In this document: positions 39,099 to 44,046 of the stretch, piece after piece
Layout: each line of letters starts with the position of its first letter
Position numbering within the stretch: the stretch's first letter is position 1
From: Tubiluchus corallicola
Taxonomy: Eukaryota > Animalia > Priapulida
Reading direction: 5' to 3'
Assembly: GCA_030141605.1 (NCBI GenBank)
Contig: JAQGDQ010001371.1
Location: forward strand, 1 to 44,046
DNA: 44,046 bases
Translations under genes and position numbers: made by a program
The notes under the pieces: generated by a model
The model's input: only the letters and a program-made list of their open reading frames with translations
Database searches by the model: none
What the model was told of the DNA's origin: nothing

Positions 39099-39785
39099 AT
39101 TATTATTGTTAAAAATCTTTATTGAAAATTATACAAGAAGCCCTCTATTTGCAGGGTACATAAGTACAAAAATGTTAAATAAGTTTTTACACTATGTACA
39201 TTAAATAAATTTCTTACTTAACAAGCTGACAATTTTGCATTACGATTTACTTATTCTAAATATATATCCAATATTTATAATCAATGTATAATCAATTTAC
39301 TATAAGATCATTTTGGGTTAGTTCTTTTACAATATCTATATACATTTTAATTACATTAGTGTCTCTCTTTCTGCAAATGTTTCGAATGTCATTATTTTCT
39401 AAGCTGCGTTCGAGATTTACTCTTATATCTTGTCTAACCAATGGTAACGGACAGTGAAAAATTAAATGTTCTGGGGTTTGACTGCCCAAACCGCAAACAC
39501 ACAGATCTGAATCAGTTATACCTATCCTGTATTTAAATGATTTGCAACCTCTTCCAAGTAGAAGAGCTGACACACTTGTTTCTATAAATGTGTCATATTT
39601 ACTGAGTGGTATATCTAATGGTGTTGTAAATACAGGAATTAACTCTCGTGGATTACCAGTCAACTGGTCAACTGGTTTACATTAAGTGCTAATTGGGCAG
39701 CTTTTGCAAAAATTTGGTAACTAATTTGTCTTTTTTTGTATTTTTGATCCTTTTTCGCAAATTGTTCAAGCCGACAATAGTTTTT
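39099..39785 (-). mobile_element. Non-LTR retrotransposon 3' fragment, right copy
   Basis: Mirror of 4250..4936; ORF 39292..39663 is identical. Confidence 0.8.
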
Positions 39786-40274
39786 CAGATTCAGCTGTAA
39801 ATTGACAAGAATTCCAGGGATAGAATAAAACAACCTCAAAAATTCCTTGAAACCCAAATGCAAGTCAAATATGTTCCAAGAGCTAAAAAGATGTAACAAA
39901 ATTAATTAGCGAAACAACAAAACGAAGACAAACAAACAAAACAATGTATATGGTATATCAAGAAGAAATCATGAACGTTGTGCGGTATTTGCTACTGCTG
40001 TTTCAAAGCCCGTTTTGACTAGCGATTTTCGCTGATATCGGTACAAAAACGTTCTTGTAAAATGTCTAAGACACCAAAACACTCGCTGGCATGAAATCAT
40101 TGTAACGCTTAAGCGATAAAACCATGTTTCTGTTTCTGCAAAACTCACCGACATCTTTAGCGTCACGACACCGGCTGCCAGGCTATTAGAGGTGACACTC
40201 ACTTTCAAATGGCAGCGAGAAAAAGCACTAGTCAAAACGAGCTTTTAGCTAGTGAAACTGTAGAGGACTCTCAC

Positions 40275-40379
40275 CGAGTAGTCATTAGGTTGTAAGGAGA
40301 ACTCCAGCTCATTGTTGGGAGGTGAATAATCATCATCATGTGCAGACGGTATGAACAATGTCTTCCCAGTGGCTGTGTA
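40275..40379 (-). CDS. Cadherin-repeat protein, right copy, exon A
   Basis: Mirror of 3665..3769; boundaries checked. Confidence 0.85.
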
Positions 40380-40416
40380 CTGCAATGATTGATTTGTTAA
40401 CTTTGTTAACTTAGAG

Positions 40417-40933
40417 CAGGGGTGTGCAAATTATCTGACCCATGTAGATACATGGGGTGTGCAAATTATCTGACTAGCCGGGCCACATTAAACTTTCCCA
40501 CAATTCCTGCGGGCCACAGACAGTTTGATCAAGGAGCCAAGTACAGAAAGGCCTAATAACGATTTTTATGCATCCGACCCGCGTACATCAGTACTAGTGC
40601 ACTCAAGAAACTATTTTAGAAGTTATTAAAATTTATATTACAAACCATATATTTCTACTTTCAGGACAGATAGTGGTAATTTCATGACAATGCATATTAG
40701 TAATGTGTATCACACAGTCTGTGTAGTACAGTGACATTAAGCTACAACCATCTTGTAAGGGTGAATGGCATCCGATCAAGTAGAAAAAACTACCCGCACT
40801 ATCTTTGGGATCGTGGCACGGACTTCAGCTGGATACACTCAATTAATCGCCCGGGCCGCACTTTCATTAGGTTGACAAATCTCTTCGTGGGTTGCACAAA
40901 TTCTGTCTGTGGGCCGCAATTTGCACACCCCTG
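40417..40933. mobile_element. hAT-like MITE, right copy
   Basis: Mirror of 3111..3627. Confidence 0.7.
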
Positions 40934-41034
40934 TTGTATGGTAAATCCTCGCTTAACGACACTAATATTGACAATTAAGACAATATTGGCTTAAAGCTCA
41001 AAAAACGCTATTCTTACACAAAGTTGAAAAATTC

Positions 41035-42187
41035 GTCCTAAACTCTCGTACACTGTATCAGAGATGGGTGGTCCTAAACTCTCGTACACTGTATCAGAGA
41101 TGGGTGGTCCTAAACTCTCGTACACTGTATCAGAGATGGGTGGTCCTAAACTCTCGTACACTGTATCAGAGATGGGTGGTCCTAAACTCTCGTACACTGT
41201 ATCAGAGATGGGTGGTCCTAAACTCTCGTACACTGTATCAGAGATGGGTGGTCCTAAACTCTCGTACACTGTATCAGAGATGGGTGGTCCTAAACTCTCG
41301 TACACTGTATCAGAGATGGGTGGTCCTAAACTCTCGTACACGGTATCAGAGATGGGTGGTCCTAAACTCTCGTACACGGTATCAGAGATGGGTGGTCCTA
41401 AACTCTCGTACACGGTATCAGAGATGGGTGGTCCTAAACTCTCGTACACTGTATCAGAGATGGGTGGTCCTAAACTCTCGTACACGGTATCAGAGATGGG
41501 TGGTCCTAAACTCTCGTACACGGTATCGGAGATGGGTGGTCCTAAACTCTCGTACACTGTATCAGAGATGGGGTGGTCCTAAACTCTTGTACACGGTATC
41601 AGAGATGGGTGGTCCTAAACTCTGGTACACTGTATCAGAGATGGGTGGTCCTAAACTCTCGTACACTGTATCAGAGATGGGTGGTCCTAAACTCTCGTAC
41701 ACTGTATCAGAGATGGGTGGTCCTAAACTCTCGTACACTGTATCAGAGATGGGTGGTCCTAAACTCTCGTACACTGTATCAGAGATGGGTGGTCCTAAAC
41801 TCTCGTACACGGTATCAGAGATGGGTGGTCCTAAACTCTCGTACACGGTATCAGAGATGGGTGGTCCTAAACTCTCGTACACGGTATCAGAGATGGGTGG
41901 TCCTAAACTCTCGTACACTGTATCAGAGATGGGTGGTCCTAAACTCTCGTACACGGTATCAGAGATGGGTGGTCCTAAACTCTCGTACACGGTATCAGAG
42001 ATGGGTGGTCCTAAACTCTCGTACACGGTATCAGAGGTGGGTGGTCCTAAACTCTCGTACACGGTATCAGAGATGGGTGGTCCTAAACTCTCGTACACGG
42101 TATCAGAGATGGGTGGTCCTAAACTCTCGTACACGGTATCAGAGATGGGTGGTCCTAAACTCTCGTACACGGTATCAGAGACGGGTG
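41035..42187. repeat. 36-bp minisatellite, right copy
   Basis: Mirror of 1855..3007. Confidence 0.97.
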
Positions 42188-42755
42188 GTTATCCGCATCC
42201 GCAAAATCCAGCGGATTGAGTAAAAATTTTATATCTGCCAATCCACGTTATCCACGTCATCCACGTAGGCAACAACTAGGCTTGCTATGAGTGCCCTGTT
42301 GTTAGCTTAATCAAGTTATCTTAATTTTACATACTATTAACAAATAATAGTCTTTCTATCTTTTATATCATCTCATAGATGAGCTTCATTCATTACATCA
42401 TTCCATTTTAAGCACTAATGTTTTTTTTATCACGATTCACTTTAAAATTTCAAATTATTTCCATTACTTTTTTTCTATCACTGTGTGGGACAATCTACCA
42501 AGCCCTGCTTTTTGATTGCTTGCAACACATTTACCTTCGTATATAGGTGAACAGTGTTTGAGGCTTTTCCTGTGCAGTATTTCTTATTTGTATTACCTTC
42601 ATTGTAGGCCCTTTCACTAGATATTGTACATGAAACTATTGTAAATGTGTAATGTGAAATAAATGACTTATGACATGACCATTTCTTTGGTGTTACAATC
42701 ACGAATGAATAATAAATTACTAGCCAAACCCCAATTTTGCTTGTAAACTTTCAAC

Positions 42756-44027
<1,272 letters not shown>

Positions 44028-44046
44028 CTTTCAACGACAACTCACA

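Overview
Repeat-rich animal (probably invertebrate) genomic DNA arranged as a giant inverted duplication. Bases 1..~16,975 are the near-identical reverse complement of ~27,022..44,046 and enclose a ~10 kb unique spacer; the window's first and last bases are exact mirror partners. Each arm carries the same six GT-AG exons, frame-consistent by hand translation, encoding about 400 aa (~4 repeats) of a non-classical cadherin ectodomain with degenerate Ca2+-binding motifs. The two copies point toward each other and their 5' exons are outside the window. A phase-compatible transmembrane exon and candidate tail exons occur only once, on the minus strand of the spacer. So the right copy can encode a membrane cadherin, while the left copy is an anchor-less ectodomain that ends at a satellite-to-satellite junction. 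Introns hold distinct minisatellites (36, 72, 57, 48, 78, 94 bp; 35 and 28 bp in the spacer), hAT-type MITEs (two families with clean 8-bp TSDs), a tRNA-derived SINE and LINE fragments. Almost all long ORFs in the supplied track are repeat artefacts. Whether the palindrome is real or a haplotype/assembly join cannot be decided from this sequence alone.
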